DNA of 64,000 nt from Porphyridium purpureum (lineage: Eukaryota): assembly GCA_008690995.1 (NCBI GenBank), contig VRMN01000013.1, positions 310,001 through 374,000 on the forward strand, read 5' to 3'. Of this stretch, positions 22,459 through 33,000 are shown in pieces (the stretch's first letter is position 1; each line of letters opens with the position of its first letter). The notes beneath the pieces were generated by a model. That model worked only from the letters and a program-made list of their open reading frames with translations. It did no database searches and was not told the origin of the DNA. A program made the translations under genes and the position numbers.

Positions 22459-23269
22459 GAAGAATGACATCTTGCCAACGGCGCGAGGAGCCCAGGCAAC
22501 TAACTTGGTGAGAGTGGAGAGTGGTCGTGCAAGCTCAGCCAAGCCTGTACCGCTCCGTGTTCTCCTGCGCCTCGCTCGCTCTGTGCATGAATTTACACGC
22601 GAGGACCGTGCGGCCTCGTGCGAACGGATGAAGAATTAAATCGCTAGACTTGATAAGCTTAAGGCTGTGCGAGAGCGTTCCGAATGACACGCACCGCGCG
22701 GCACGCCGTGGTATCGCGCAGATCGGCGTCCACGCCTCTGGTAGTCGCGCGCATCCGTTGGCGCGCGCGCACGCCGGCAGTGGAAAGTAAAGCCCCGCTG
22801 CCGGCCGGGATCGGTCGAGTCCGCCGCCACCAGCTGCACCGTTGCAAACATAGCAGCTCCACGTCGCCAGACACGTAGCCGCACACACATCATCATCATC
22901 ACCCGCAAACTATCGTCCCACTTGGAGCGAGTTCTGGTACGTGTTCGCTCGACACAAACACGCGCCCCTACCCAATCTGCGCGCGTTACTATGAAAAAAG
23001 GGCACGCGTTGCTAAAAATAGACGGGGAGAGATAATTCATGCATGGAGGCGCTGTAGCGCGAGAGACGCGGCAGCTAAGTTTAGCTGCGGGATAGAAAGT
23101 GACCCAACACCGCGTGCAAATCATCGGTTCCTGTTGGAACAAGGCGGGGGAGTGTACTAAAAGCGGTGCGTTTGGGTAGAGCGGGCATGTATGCGTAGCG
23201 GATGCTGCTGCTACTGCCACGAAACGCCGTGCGCGTGTGAGTGCGAGTGCGCGACAAGCGACTGGGACA

Positions 23270-23326
23270 CAGGGGGCGTTGGTGGCAGTGGTGGTGGTGG
23301 TGGTGGTAGTGGTGGTGGTGGTGGCA
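23270..23326 (+). repeat. (GGT)n microsatellite upstream of the kinase gene
   Basis: Direct trinucleotide run. Confidence 0.8.
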
Positions 23327-23704
23327 CGGCGTGCGGGCAGTCAGGTGGCAGGGGGTGGTGGGGAGGGAGGTGGTTAAGTTCGTGGCGTGCTGGTGCTCAC
23401 TGCGCGCGGTCGTTGGGAGCAAAGAAGCGTGCCGGGCGGGATTTATGGCGGCGATGCATCACAGGAGGGTGCTGGCGTTTGGGCGTGCGTTATGCTGGCG
23501 GAACTAAGGCGTAGAGGAGAACGACGCGGAAGAAGAATGACGATGGGGCAAGAGTGGGTGTCAGGGGTTGCCGCGAGGGTGGGTCCACTTGGTGCAGCTG
23601 GTGGTGGTGGTGGCGGTGGTGGGTGTATAGGCGTGACGGGTGGGGTTGCTAGAAGGCCGGCGTATCGGTGGGAAGCGGAGCGCGCGCGCGCGCAGCGGCG
23701 CACG

Positions 23705-24880
23705 ATGGGCGAGCAGAATGGGACGGCGGCCGCGGAGGAAGACAAGGAGAACAGCGCCATCACGTTTCTGCACGGCCAGGAGGTCGAGCATAACGGATGG
23801 CTCATAAAGCGGTCCAACGGCATGCTGCCAGTCAAGAAGAAGAGGTACTTTATTATTTCGGGCTCGGAGCTCACGTGCCGCGCGGCGCCCAACGACGAGA
23901 GCAAGTGGACCATCAACTTGCTCAACGCGCAGCTCGAGACAGACCGCGAGAAGCTCCGGCTGGTGGTCACGGCAGGTGAGCGGAAGGTGCAGCTGCAGGC
24001 GGCAAACAGCTCGGACTTTGCGGCCTGGGAGAAGGCCATCAAGTCGTCACGCTGTCAGAACATCGAGCAGTTTTACGAATTAGGAGATACGATTGGCGAA
24101 GGCGGCTTCGCGGTGGTCAAGGTGGGCATTGATCGCGAGACCATGACCAAGTACGCGGTCAAAATCGTGCACAAGCAGCTGGACGACGAGCATAACATGC
24201 AGTTCCTTCACCGCGAGCTGCTCATCATGAAGACCATCAACTCGCCCCACGTGATTCGCACGTTTGACGTGTTTGACTCGCCGCGCGAGCTGTACTTTGT
24301 GCTCGAGTACATGGCCGCCGGCACGCTTCACGAGCTGTACCAGAAGAACAAGCCGTTCAGCGAGCAGCAAGTCAGCTCAGTCATGTTCGACATTCTGAGC
24401 GGAATCAAATACCTCCACTCCAAGCGGATTGTGCACCGAGACCTCAAACTGAAAAACGTGCTGGCGTCGAACAAGGAGATGCCGTTCAATCTGAAACTGG
24501 CCGACTTTGGGCTGAGTAACTTTGTGGGCCCCACCACGACGCGCAAGGTTGTGCTCAAGAGCCAGGTTGGCAGTCCACATTACGTCGCGCCCGAAGTGCT
24601 GCGCGACACTGTCTACGGCCCGGCGGTGGATCTGTGGTCGATTGGGGTCATGATGCACATCATGCTGAGCGGCAAGTACCCCTTTGCCGGGAAGACGATT
24701 CCTGAGACGCTGGAAATGGTCGCGCGGGCCCATTTCCGCATGCGCGACGACTGGTTCCCTGAGCAGCTCAGCGCCGATGCCATTGACCTGTTGCACAAGC
24801 TTCTTCAGGAGGACCCGAAAAAGAGAATCACGGCAGCGGATGCGCTTCAACATCCGTTCATTCTGAACAAGTCGGGTTGA
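23705..24880 (+). CDS. PH-domain plus CAMK-family Ser/Thr protein kinase
   Basis: PH domain GWLIKR...KKRYF...AAWEKAI. Kinase motifs IGEGGFAVV, YAVK, HRDLK, DFG, GSPHYVAPE and DLWSIG. Confidence 0.95.
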   Translation: MGEQNGTAAAEEDKENSAITFLHGQEVEHNGWLIKRSNGMLPVKKKRYFIISGSELTCRAAPNDESKWTINLLNAQLETDREKLRLVVTAGERKVQLQAANSSDFAAWEKAIKSSRCQNIEQFYELGDTIGEGGFAVVKVGIDRETMTKYAVKIVHKQLDDEHNMQFLHRELLIMKTINSPHVIRTFDVFDSPRELYFVLEYMAAGTLHELYQKNKPFSEQQVSSVMFDILSGIKYLHSKRIVHRDLKLKNVLASNKEMPFNLKLADFGLSNFVGPTTTRKVVLKSQVGSPHYVAPEVLRDTVYGPAVDLWSIGVMMHIMLSGKYPFAGKTIPETLEMVARAHFRMRDDWFPEQLSADAIDLLHKLLQEDPKKRITAADALQHPFILNKSG

Positions 24881-25215
24881 GACCGGATACGAGTCGCCGT
24901 AGGACCCAAGGGGTGGAGATGGAGCTTTGGTCTCGGGACGTTTCGCTTTGTCTAACTCGACCGGTCAACCCAAAGAAAAAACAGAAACAAAAAAGAAACA
25001 AGAACAACAACAACAAGAAACTCTTCCGATAAAATTCTTATTTTATTCTTGATTTTCTTTGTGCCCGTTTTGGTCTCTTGAGGCGGCGCGACACAGAGGA
25101 GACGCAGACACGGCACGCGAACCTCAAGCGGTAGTATCGTGTGCGTCCATCTGGCTCGCTGTGCAATATCATACTTCCCATCCGTATCTACACGAGCTCC
25201 CCCCGCGCTTCGGCG

Positions 25216-26528
25216 TTATAGCTCAGTCACCGGCATGTAATAGCGCGAGCCGCGTTCCTTACCGCTCAGCTGCAGCGGCCGCCAATTGGCCCCGCCCTGC
25301 ACGGCCTGCAGGCGAGCCATTTGGTCCATTGTCATTTGCGCGGTCCTGGAGAATACAAACCACAGAATGCCCTCGGAGCAAGGCGGCGTGGTGAGAGACC
25401 CCATGTAATTAAAGTAGGCCGCCTTTTCAAACGTGGGCACAAAGTCCTTCAAAGAACCGGCCTTCAAGGGCTGGCCGCCTGCCTCGGGCGCATTCGGATT
25501 GGGCAGTGACTTGAGCACTGTCTCGGTCCACTGGCACGGATTTGGGGACTCTCGGTACAACACACCGACCACGGCATTGGAAGGCGCATTGTCGCCCGCC
25601 CACACGGGGCGATCTGCGCTTGCTTCCTTGTCAAGGCCAAACACAAAGTGCACCTCGGCAATGCCCTTCTCACCGCGCAGCGCGTGCTCGCTTGAGCTCG
25701 TGTGGAAATGGAATTGCAGGAACTTGTACACAAACCCGTTGGGTAGCAGCATGCGGATCGCCGGTTCTGCGTCGGAAGCGACCTGCGGAAACGAGAACGG
25801 CCCACCTGGGCGCGTGCGCTTGCCCTGGAACGTCGGGTTGGCGGCAAACTTGAGCCGCGGTGTCTGCAACTTGGCCGTGACGTCGTTTTTGGACACCGTC
25901 CACGACTGCCAGATATCTGTGCGCAGATCAATCGGACTCTGGTGCGGCGCATCCAGGCAGATCTTAATTTTAATCTTCCAGATAGCCCCGCCAGCGTACG
26001 TTGTCCCTTTGGTAACCCCAGCACCAGCGCGTCCGCCATGCGGTTTCAGGGCGCCACCAGCCACGCCACGGCGCTCGCCGCCAGCCCTTTCGTCAGCGCA
26101 GCGCCGAGCGCACCGCCGGCGCGACACACTCGGAACGTCGCTGATGCTGTCTCTGCCGAGTCTGCGTCTTCGTGTTCACCCATTATAATGTGCGGGCACA
26201 GCAGTCCAGCAGAGGTAACGCAGCGCGCAACCGCTCGCGTTTCGCTCATCTCCCTCATGCGCGTGCGGCAGCGCACCCTCGCGGTGAAAACGCGAAGCCG
26301 TGAGGCCAGCGCCCTCTGCTCTTTCGCCCATGGACAGCCGCTGCCCATTTCAGCCCACGCCGCAGCTGCGCCGACTTCGGACCCGCCGCTCCCTCAGCCG
26401 CATTCTGCCGCGCGGGATGGCTGTGCGCCGCGCCACCGCTCGACACCCAGCTGCTGCTGCTGCTGCTGCAGCTGCTGCAGTTGGGCCCGAACTCCGAGCG
26501 GCGCACCCACTCCAAACGCCAGAACCAT
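25216..26528 (-). CDS. Alpha-type carbonic anhydrase with probable bipartite plastid/thylakoid-lumen targeting (N-terminus frameshifted)
   Basis: QSPIDL, QFHFH, SEH, EVHFV, YMGSLTTPPCSEGILW and NWRPLQ. Upstream fragments read MVLAFGV... and VSRR...hydrophobic stretch...ETAW. Confidence 0.85.
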
Positions 26529-27210
26529 GCCTGCCTTTGGTCACCTGTGCGCCTCTTCTATTTGCTTCCGCCTACGGACCGAACCAGATGTGGCGCAAGC
26601 AGCGGCACGTACCTGCCCGTGCAAACCCCCGATGCGAATGTGTGTGCCTGTTGAGTCCCCTATCCGCCCTTCGTGCAGTTCTTTTCACCACAGTCCGTGC
26701 TGCCACAGCTGCTGCTGCTGTTGGTGGACGTGGATGTGGTGGTGTTGAGACGCGAGCTGGCCAGCTGAGCTTGATGCGCAGGCGCGCAGAGGGGCGAGTC
26801 GCGGAGGGCGCACGTTCCAACCCGTTGCAAACGCCGCACGCCCACCCCCCTCACCTCAGCCACAACCCCAGTACAACATACAGCGCGCATGGGATGTACG
26901 AAACGGGCCCGGAAAATGCGCCAGACCTCCCATTCTTCTCATTTTCAATCCACACACATGCGCGACCGCGCGGGGTAGAGACGGTGGTGGTGGAGATGGA
27001 GATAGCGTTGCAATCACCCTCACACCCACATACGAAATAACGCTGTTTGCATACGAACACATGCAGCTTGCACGCAAAAAGGGTACAGCCGTCTGGAAAT
27101 TTCCGGCGCCGCACACACCGCAGCGCGCATGCAAGCAGCATGGAAAAAGGGAGAACCCCCGCCAGGGCGTAACGGTTCACACCCGCACGGAAATAAACAC
27201 AGCACACGCG

Positions 27211-27400
27211 GTACACTGAGGGGTACACTGAGGGGTACACTGAGGGGTACACTGAGGGGTACACTGTTGTAGGGTGGAGTACACTGGTGTACGGTTGAGT
27301 ACGGTGGGGTACGGTTGAGTACGGTGGAGTACGGTGGAGTACAGTGAGTACGGTAGAGTACAGTGAGATACAGTGAGTACGGTGGAGTACAGTGAGATAC
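27211..27400. repeat. Composite minisatellite: GTACACTGAGGG x~4.5, then ~10-bp GAGTAC(G/A)GTG-type units
   Basis: Direct tandem repeats, nearly every unit containing GTAC. Confidence 0.9.
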
Positions 27401-28203
27401 AAACTTTAAATTCTCGCACGCTTGATGATGACAAGCGCACGAACCCGGATGACACAACCCTTCTCAGATGACCGAACCCCAGCAACACGACGCACACAGC
27501 ACAGAGAACACAACCACACGACGCACACAACACAGACGACGAATACCCGGGGCGTGGAAAATCCAACGTATAGGGCCTCTACTATTGCCCTTCGCGTCGG
27601 CACAGACAGCACCGGTCTCGACAGGGGCAGGGTGTCGTAACGGACAAAGCCGCCGTCTGCCTTCAGTGCTCCAAGAGCACCGAAACCCCCCAGACACGAT
27701 GTGCTGCTGGCTCTGCTACACAGGCTCAGCAAAAGGCCCTACGCCTTCCGACGACCACGCCCAGGCACCCGACACCAAAGAACAACTCTTCCTTTATTCT
27801 CTGTGTCCTACTCCCTTGCCTCTACTTCTTCCGCTCTCAAGAAATCCGGGGAACCGCACGGGCCCGCGCCCATTATATACCCCGCCGTCCTTGCTGTCCT
27901 TGACGCGGAAGGGAGAAATTATTTCTCCCAAAAGGCTGGGCTTTCCTCCGTTCGTTCCACGGAACGAAGCCACAGCCAGCCACGTCAGCAAGCGGCTCAA
28001 TGGGTGCCGGCCGGCCGCCAAGCGGCTCCTGCTTCCCTCGGACACGCGACTCCGGCTCCTCGGGGCGAAAGACAACAATGCACAAAACCAGAGGTACAGG
28101 GTAAAAAACCACGCGGGCGAAAAAGCCCCTGTACCTCAAACAATTCCGAGACGCCGTACCTCCGGGTGTACACCCAGGGCGTCTCTCGGACCGGAACACT
28201 TTT

Positions 28204-29000
28204 CGTGGAATTTTAGGGTTCCGCCCCGAGAGACGCCGTAGGGTTTTGAGTACAAAACCCTAGAAAGTTCTATGATGAAAGATTGTTCGAGAAGCGTGAT
28301 GATCTCGGACCTGCGAAATGTTTGTCATTGTCGTTTTGTGTGGCCTTGTGCAAAGGTCAAAGGCCGGCCGAAGCTTCTGGATTCGTTCTTGACGCGCCCT
28401 CCCGGCCATTTTCCGGATACGTGGCCGGCTGTGGTTGCGAGTTGTGGAACGAATCAAAACCTGTGGTGGAAATTCGTCCTGTTGGAGAAATTTGTTCTCC
28501 CGTCCTTGCTGGAAAGAGCAAGGACGAAGGGTATAAAAGGACGAAGGGGCAAGCTGGTTCCCAGGAATTTCCAGGTCAAGGTAGAAGAAGAGGTAAGGGC
28601 AAATAGAATAAAAAGAGAATTGGTTAGTTGGATTGAGGCAGTCGTTGGAAGACTTGGGTTGGATTTGCGGGAGAGGCACGCTAGCGTGTTGTGCGAGCGG
28701 ATATCGGTCTGGAGTGTTTTTAAAAAGGCAGCTGGGGTTTAAACGTACCTTCCATCACCCTTCACTTGTCAAGACCGGTCCACTCCCTCTCGTAGTCCCC
28801 TATAAGTTGAATTTTCTGTCCTCTCTTCCTTTCTAGCCACTTTTCTCTGATTGTCCTGCTTGTCCTTCCGTTCGTTTCGGTGTGTCGGTTCGTCGTCGGT
28901 TTGTCAGTTTCCGGGGTGTGGCGGTTTCCAGTTCCTGTTATCGGTGAAGCGGTCCGGTTTTGTTGATTCGGTTACAAAGCAGAAAGGGAGAAATTCCAAG
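28204..29000 (+). repeat. 5' LTR (797 bp; inner TGGAATTT...AAATTCCA at 28206-28998)
   Basis: Direct repeat of 33168-33964. The only mismatch I noticed is G28952 vs A33916. Confidence 0.97.
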
Positions 29001-29018
29001 TGGTATCATCGCCCGGTT
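29001..29018 (+). promoter_or_regulatory. Primer-binding site, probably initiator tRNA-Met
   Basis: TGGTATCATCGCCCGGTT directly after the 5' LTR; resembles the plant iMet PBS TGGTATCAGAGC. Confidence 0.8.
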
Positions 29019-29029
29019 GTTTGGAGAAA

Positions 29030-29977
29030 ATGGAAAGCCATGAAATGGAAATGAATGTCCCGCAGGAGAATGCGGCATGGATTGAGGCAGCTAATCAGCT
29101 GCATGCGCGCATTGCGGGACAGGAGATGATGATGGCACAAGTGCAGGAAGCGAATCGTAACCTCCATGAAATGATGCATGTTTTGTTGCGCCAGCAGACC
29201 GTGGCGTCTGGGTCTGGTGACAACGATCGTGCCATGGCCGCGTTAATTGGGCGCAGTTTGAGAAAGTTTGATGGTCAGCGTGACAAGCTCGTTGTCAATG
29301 AATGGCTGATGCGAATGAAGAGCGACCTGGATATCTGCATGCCCGCAGATGCTTTGGACTCGCAGAAAGTGATTGTTGCAAGTCGCTTTTTCGAGAGGGA
29401 CGCAGCGCTGCTTTGGGCAGCTCGTCCGGAGGAGCAGAGAAAGGGCCTTGCAGAGGCCGGATGGGATGCGTTCGCAAACTTCGTGCGCACAGCGTTTGAG
29501 CCGCCGCAGGCGCATTTGACAGCGCGCACCAATCTGTATCAGTTGAAGCAAGGGAAAATGACGGTCGCAGAATTTGAGCAGAATCTCAGGATGACAGCGT
29601 TATCAGTTGAAGATGTGACAGATGCAGAACTGAACACCATCTTCACGCTGGGCTTGAAGGAGAAACTGCGTATTGAGGTGGCCCGTCAGGACACAAGGAC
29701 CTTGGAAGAATCACTGAAAGTTGCGTTGGCAGCTGAGCAGGTTGCAAAGTTCGGAGGAGATATGAGTCAAGTGATCAAGAACTCGTCATCGACTCATAGC
29801 AGGGCGTTCTCGTCGCATTCTGGTAGCGCACCAATGGATTTGGGAGCCATGGACAAGCGGAAGTCTGGCAAGACCAAAGTGAAGTGTTACCATTGTGGAG
29901 AACGTGGACACATTAAGCCCAAATGCCCTAAATTGAAGGAGCGCTTGGCAGGTGGTCCGCCAGAGCCGGAAAACTAA
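29030..29977 (+). CDS. Gag (Ty3/gypsy-type capsid domain plus CCHC zinc knuckle)
   Basis: KFDG...EWL, AALLW, WDAF...F, LYQLKQGKMTVAEF, FTLGLK..LR, APMDLG and CYHCGERGHIKPKC. Confidence 0.9.
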   Translation: MESHEMEMNVPQENAAWIEAANQLHARIAGQEMMMAQVQEANRNLHEMMHVLLRQQTVASGSGDNDRAMAALIGRSLRKFDGQRDKLVVNEWLMRMKSDLDICMPADALDSQKVIVASRFFERDAALLWAARPEEQRKGLAEAGWDAFANFVRTAFEPPQAHLTARTNLYQLKQGKMTVAEFEQNLRMTALSVEDVTDAELNTIFTLGLKEKLRIEVARQDTRTLEESLKVALAAEQVAKFGGDMSQVIKNSSSTHSRAFSSHSGSAPMDLGAMDKRKSGKTKVKCYHCGERGHIKPKCPKLKERLAGGPPEPEN

Positions 29978-30029
29978 GACCTCGAGAGCCAAGACAGGAG
30001 GAGATCTCGAGGGGAATGGAGCCTCCTGT
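29968..30029 (+). promoter_or_regulatory. -1 programmed ribosomal frameshift signal (GGAAAAC plus H-type pseudoknot)
   Basis: Slippery G GAA AAC directly before the gag TAA. Stem 1 is CCTCGAGA (29980-87) / TCTCGAGG (30005-12). Stem 2 is ACAGGAGG (29994-30001) / CCTCCTGT (30022-29). Confidence 0.85.
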
Positions 30030-33000
30030 AATGGGTGTTGTGGAAGGTGTTGCGCACGAGGGTGCGAGGTCAAGGCTCTTCTACAAACATGGGAAAGTGA
30101 GTGGTTCAAAAATCGACTTCTTGATTGACAGTGGAGCGTCGCATAATTTCCTGGGGTCCCGATTCTTGGACGCAAGCGTAAAGTCCAGTTGCGATGAATG
30201 CATGGTCGAGCTTGCGGGAGGACAGAGAATGAAGGTGCACGGCCCCATTGTGCTTGCGGTGGACCTCGGTTTCTGGATAGGGAACGTCGAGTTTTATATC
30301 GGTCCCATTCGTATGGATGCCATCTTAGGGTGGAAATGGCTCAAGATGGTGAATCCTAAGATTGATTGGCAGAAGGGACTGATGGAAACGAGGCCCGAGG
30401 GGAAGGAAATATGCACGTTGGAAAATGTTGAAGAAGTGGTTCCCGAGCTTGACGGGAAAAATCAGAGCGTGGCTGCTTCGGAACACGAGTTGACTCACAT
30501 GCCTATGCAAAGAGACTGTGAGACGTGTGTCGTGGCGAAGATAAAGCGACGCCCGGCCCGAAGGCTGGAGAAAGATGTCAGTGCATTGTCATTCAATGAT
30601 GAAGTCGGAATTGACTTGGTGGAGCCTGGGCGAAATGTGAAGTCGGTAGATGGTTCAAAGTTTATTTTGACGCATATCGACAGAGCCACAGGATGGGTGA
30701 CATTGGCGGGGCTACGTGCGAAAACCCACACGGCGGTTGCGGACGCTTGGAAAAGTGTGCAAGCCGGGAGAGGATGGCCGAAGGTTTTGCGAACGGATGA
30801 TGGGAATGAGTTCAAGGGAGATGTGGGGAGACTGGTGCGTGAACACCTCATAAAGCACGAGGTGGGGATTCCGTACAGGCCAAACAGTCATGCTGAACAG
30901 GAGCGGTTTCACCACACGCTGAATCAGGGAATCCGTGCGAATCTTGTGCAGGCCGGACTCGGGAAGCGTTGGTTCATGCACGCCGCGCAGCATTTTGCGT
31001 TCATGACGAATAGACTTCACGTGGGCAGGAAGTCTGGAAAGACGCCGTTTGAATTACGACATGGTGAAAAATGGTCGCCGAGAAATCTTAGTTTGCCATT
31101 CGGGTGCAAGGTGGTCTACAAAGATGATCAGCCTGACAATAAGTATGCACCGCGAGGAAAAGTTGGCATTCTCGTCGGCGTTGGAGAGCATCCGATGGCA
31201 ATTTTGGTGCTTCCTCGGGATGACTGGACGAGTGAGACCCCAAAAGTAATTCGCACTCAGGATTTTAAGGCATTTACCCATGAGTTCCCTTTAAAGGGAA
31301 TTGAACGAGAGATGGTGAGCCTGAGCCAGCAGGAAGAGTTGCCAGAAGTGGACGAACCATCCGCGGTTGAAGCGGTGCAGGACTTGGATCGTCGTATCGA
31401 TGCTCTCAGAGCTAGAGAAGCGGAGCTTGAGAAAGAGATCGAGGCATTGAAAGTGAGAGTGGTTGACGAAGAACGGGCAGCAGGCACGGGTGGTCCAGTG
31501 ACGATCCCACAGTTGAACTTAACGACTTTGCTGAAAACTGGAGCGGCGTTGGCGTCTGAGCAAGGACGAGCCGCGATGGAAAAAGAAGTCAAATCCATGC
31601 TGAAATTTGGGGTATGGGATGAGAGTCCCTTGACGCTGGAGGAGGCCCGGAGGCAACCTGGTGCTCGTTTCGTACGCACACATTTCATTTTCGGTCTGAA
31701 ATTTGCTGAGATGCCGGAAGAATTTCGCAAGGTGAAGTGCCGCTTGGTGGCCGGGGGAAACAGGATATGGGGGTCCGATGGAGCTGCGACGAATGACATT
31801 TTTGATTATGAGACGCCTGCTGGTTTGTCAGCTATCCGAATGATAATAGCTGTGGCTGCAATTCTGGGCCTTCAGATTGTTAGTTTCGACATCAGCTCGG
31901 CATACCTCCATGCGGACCTGTCTGGGCCACCTACGTTTGCATACTTACCGCGTGAAATTTGTGATTCAAAAGACACAGTAGTCAGGCTGAGAAAGGCGCT
32001 GTATGGCTTGCCCAGGAGCGGCTCGGATTTCTCACAAGATGCTCGGAGGAGATTGCAAAAGTTCCAGTGGAAGCTCGTGCATGGTGAAAAGAATGTGTAC
32101 GTCCGGAGAAATGCTGCAAGTTCGTCAGTTGCGTTGTTGGCTCTGTACGTGGATGATGGTCTATTAGCCTGTCGAGAGGAGGAACGCCCAGGAATCATCG
32201 AAGAATTGAAACAAGAGTTTCTCATAGAAAAAGCACCAGAACTATTGACGGAAGGAGGATCCTTGAGATTCCTGGGGACGAGCATTTCCCTCAAAAATGG
32301 GAGCGTGAGTTTGGCGAATCAAGAGTATCAAGATGTGGTCATTCGGGAATTTGAGCAGGATATTAGACGCGTATTGCGTGCCGTGAAGTCACCATCTGAG
32401 AAGCTAGATGGCGAGGAAGTTCTGAATTATCAAGTCATCTGGAAGACTTTGAAAGTAAGAGAACACGTCGGGAGGCTGATGTGGCTCGCCAGAACGGTTC
32501 GACCTGATATTGCGTATGCAGTCGGTATGATTGCCCGGTACGTTGACAAGTGGAATGTGGCAGCAGAAAGGCTGCTCGTACGAGTCGTGCAGTATTTGAA
32601 AACACCTCGGGAAGCATTGGAGTATCACGTGTTGGGGAATCTCAAGGAAGGCATCAGAGGGGTGAACATTCTTGGATACACGGATGCTGACTTTGCTGGT
32701 TGTCCAGAGAGTCGTGTGTCGACTTCTGGAAGAGCAACGTACTTAGTTGCTGGAGATTACAAGTACCTAGTGGATTGGTCTTCAAGAAAGCAGCGTTTCG
32801 TGAGCTCGTCGACTTCAGAGTCGGAGCTGGCCGCCCTAGAGGAAACTGTGCAACTCTCGTTGTTTCCTGCATTGTCTTTCTTGCGAAGTATACGTGACGG
32901 AGAGTTCTCGGTGATTTTGATGTGTGACAATCAAGCTGTGATGCGAGCAATAGAGATGGGGTACTCGCCAAAGTTGCATCATATGGCGATAACCCGAGCA

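Noticed and set aside
27211..27400. CRISPR-like array
   Set aside because: The units are 10-12 bp tandem repeats with no unique spacers, in a eukaryotic context with no cas genes.
28260..28836. ORFs within the LTRs (duplicated at 33224-33800)
   Set aside because: They are duplicated only because the LTR is duplicated, and show no protein motifs.
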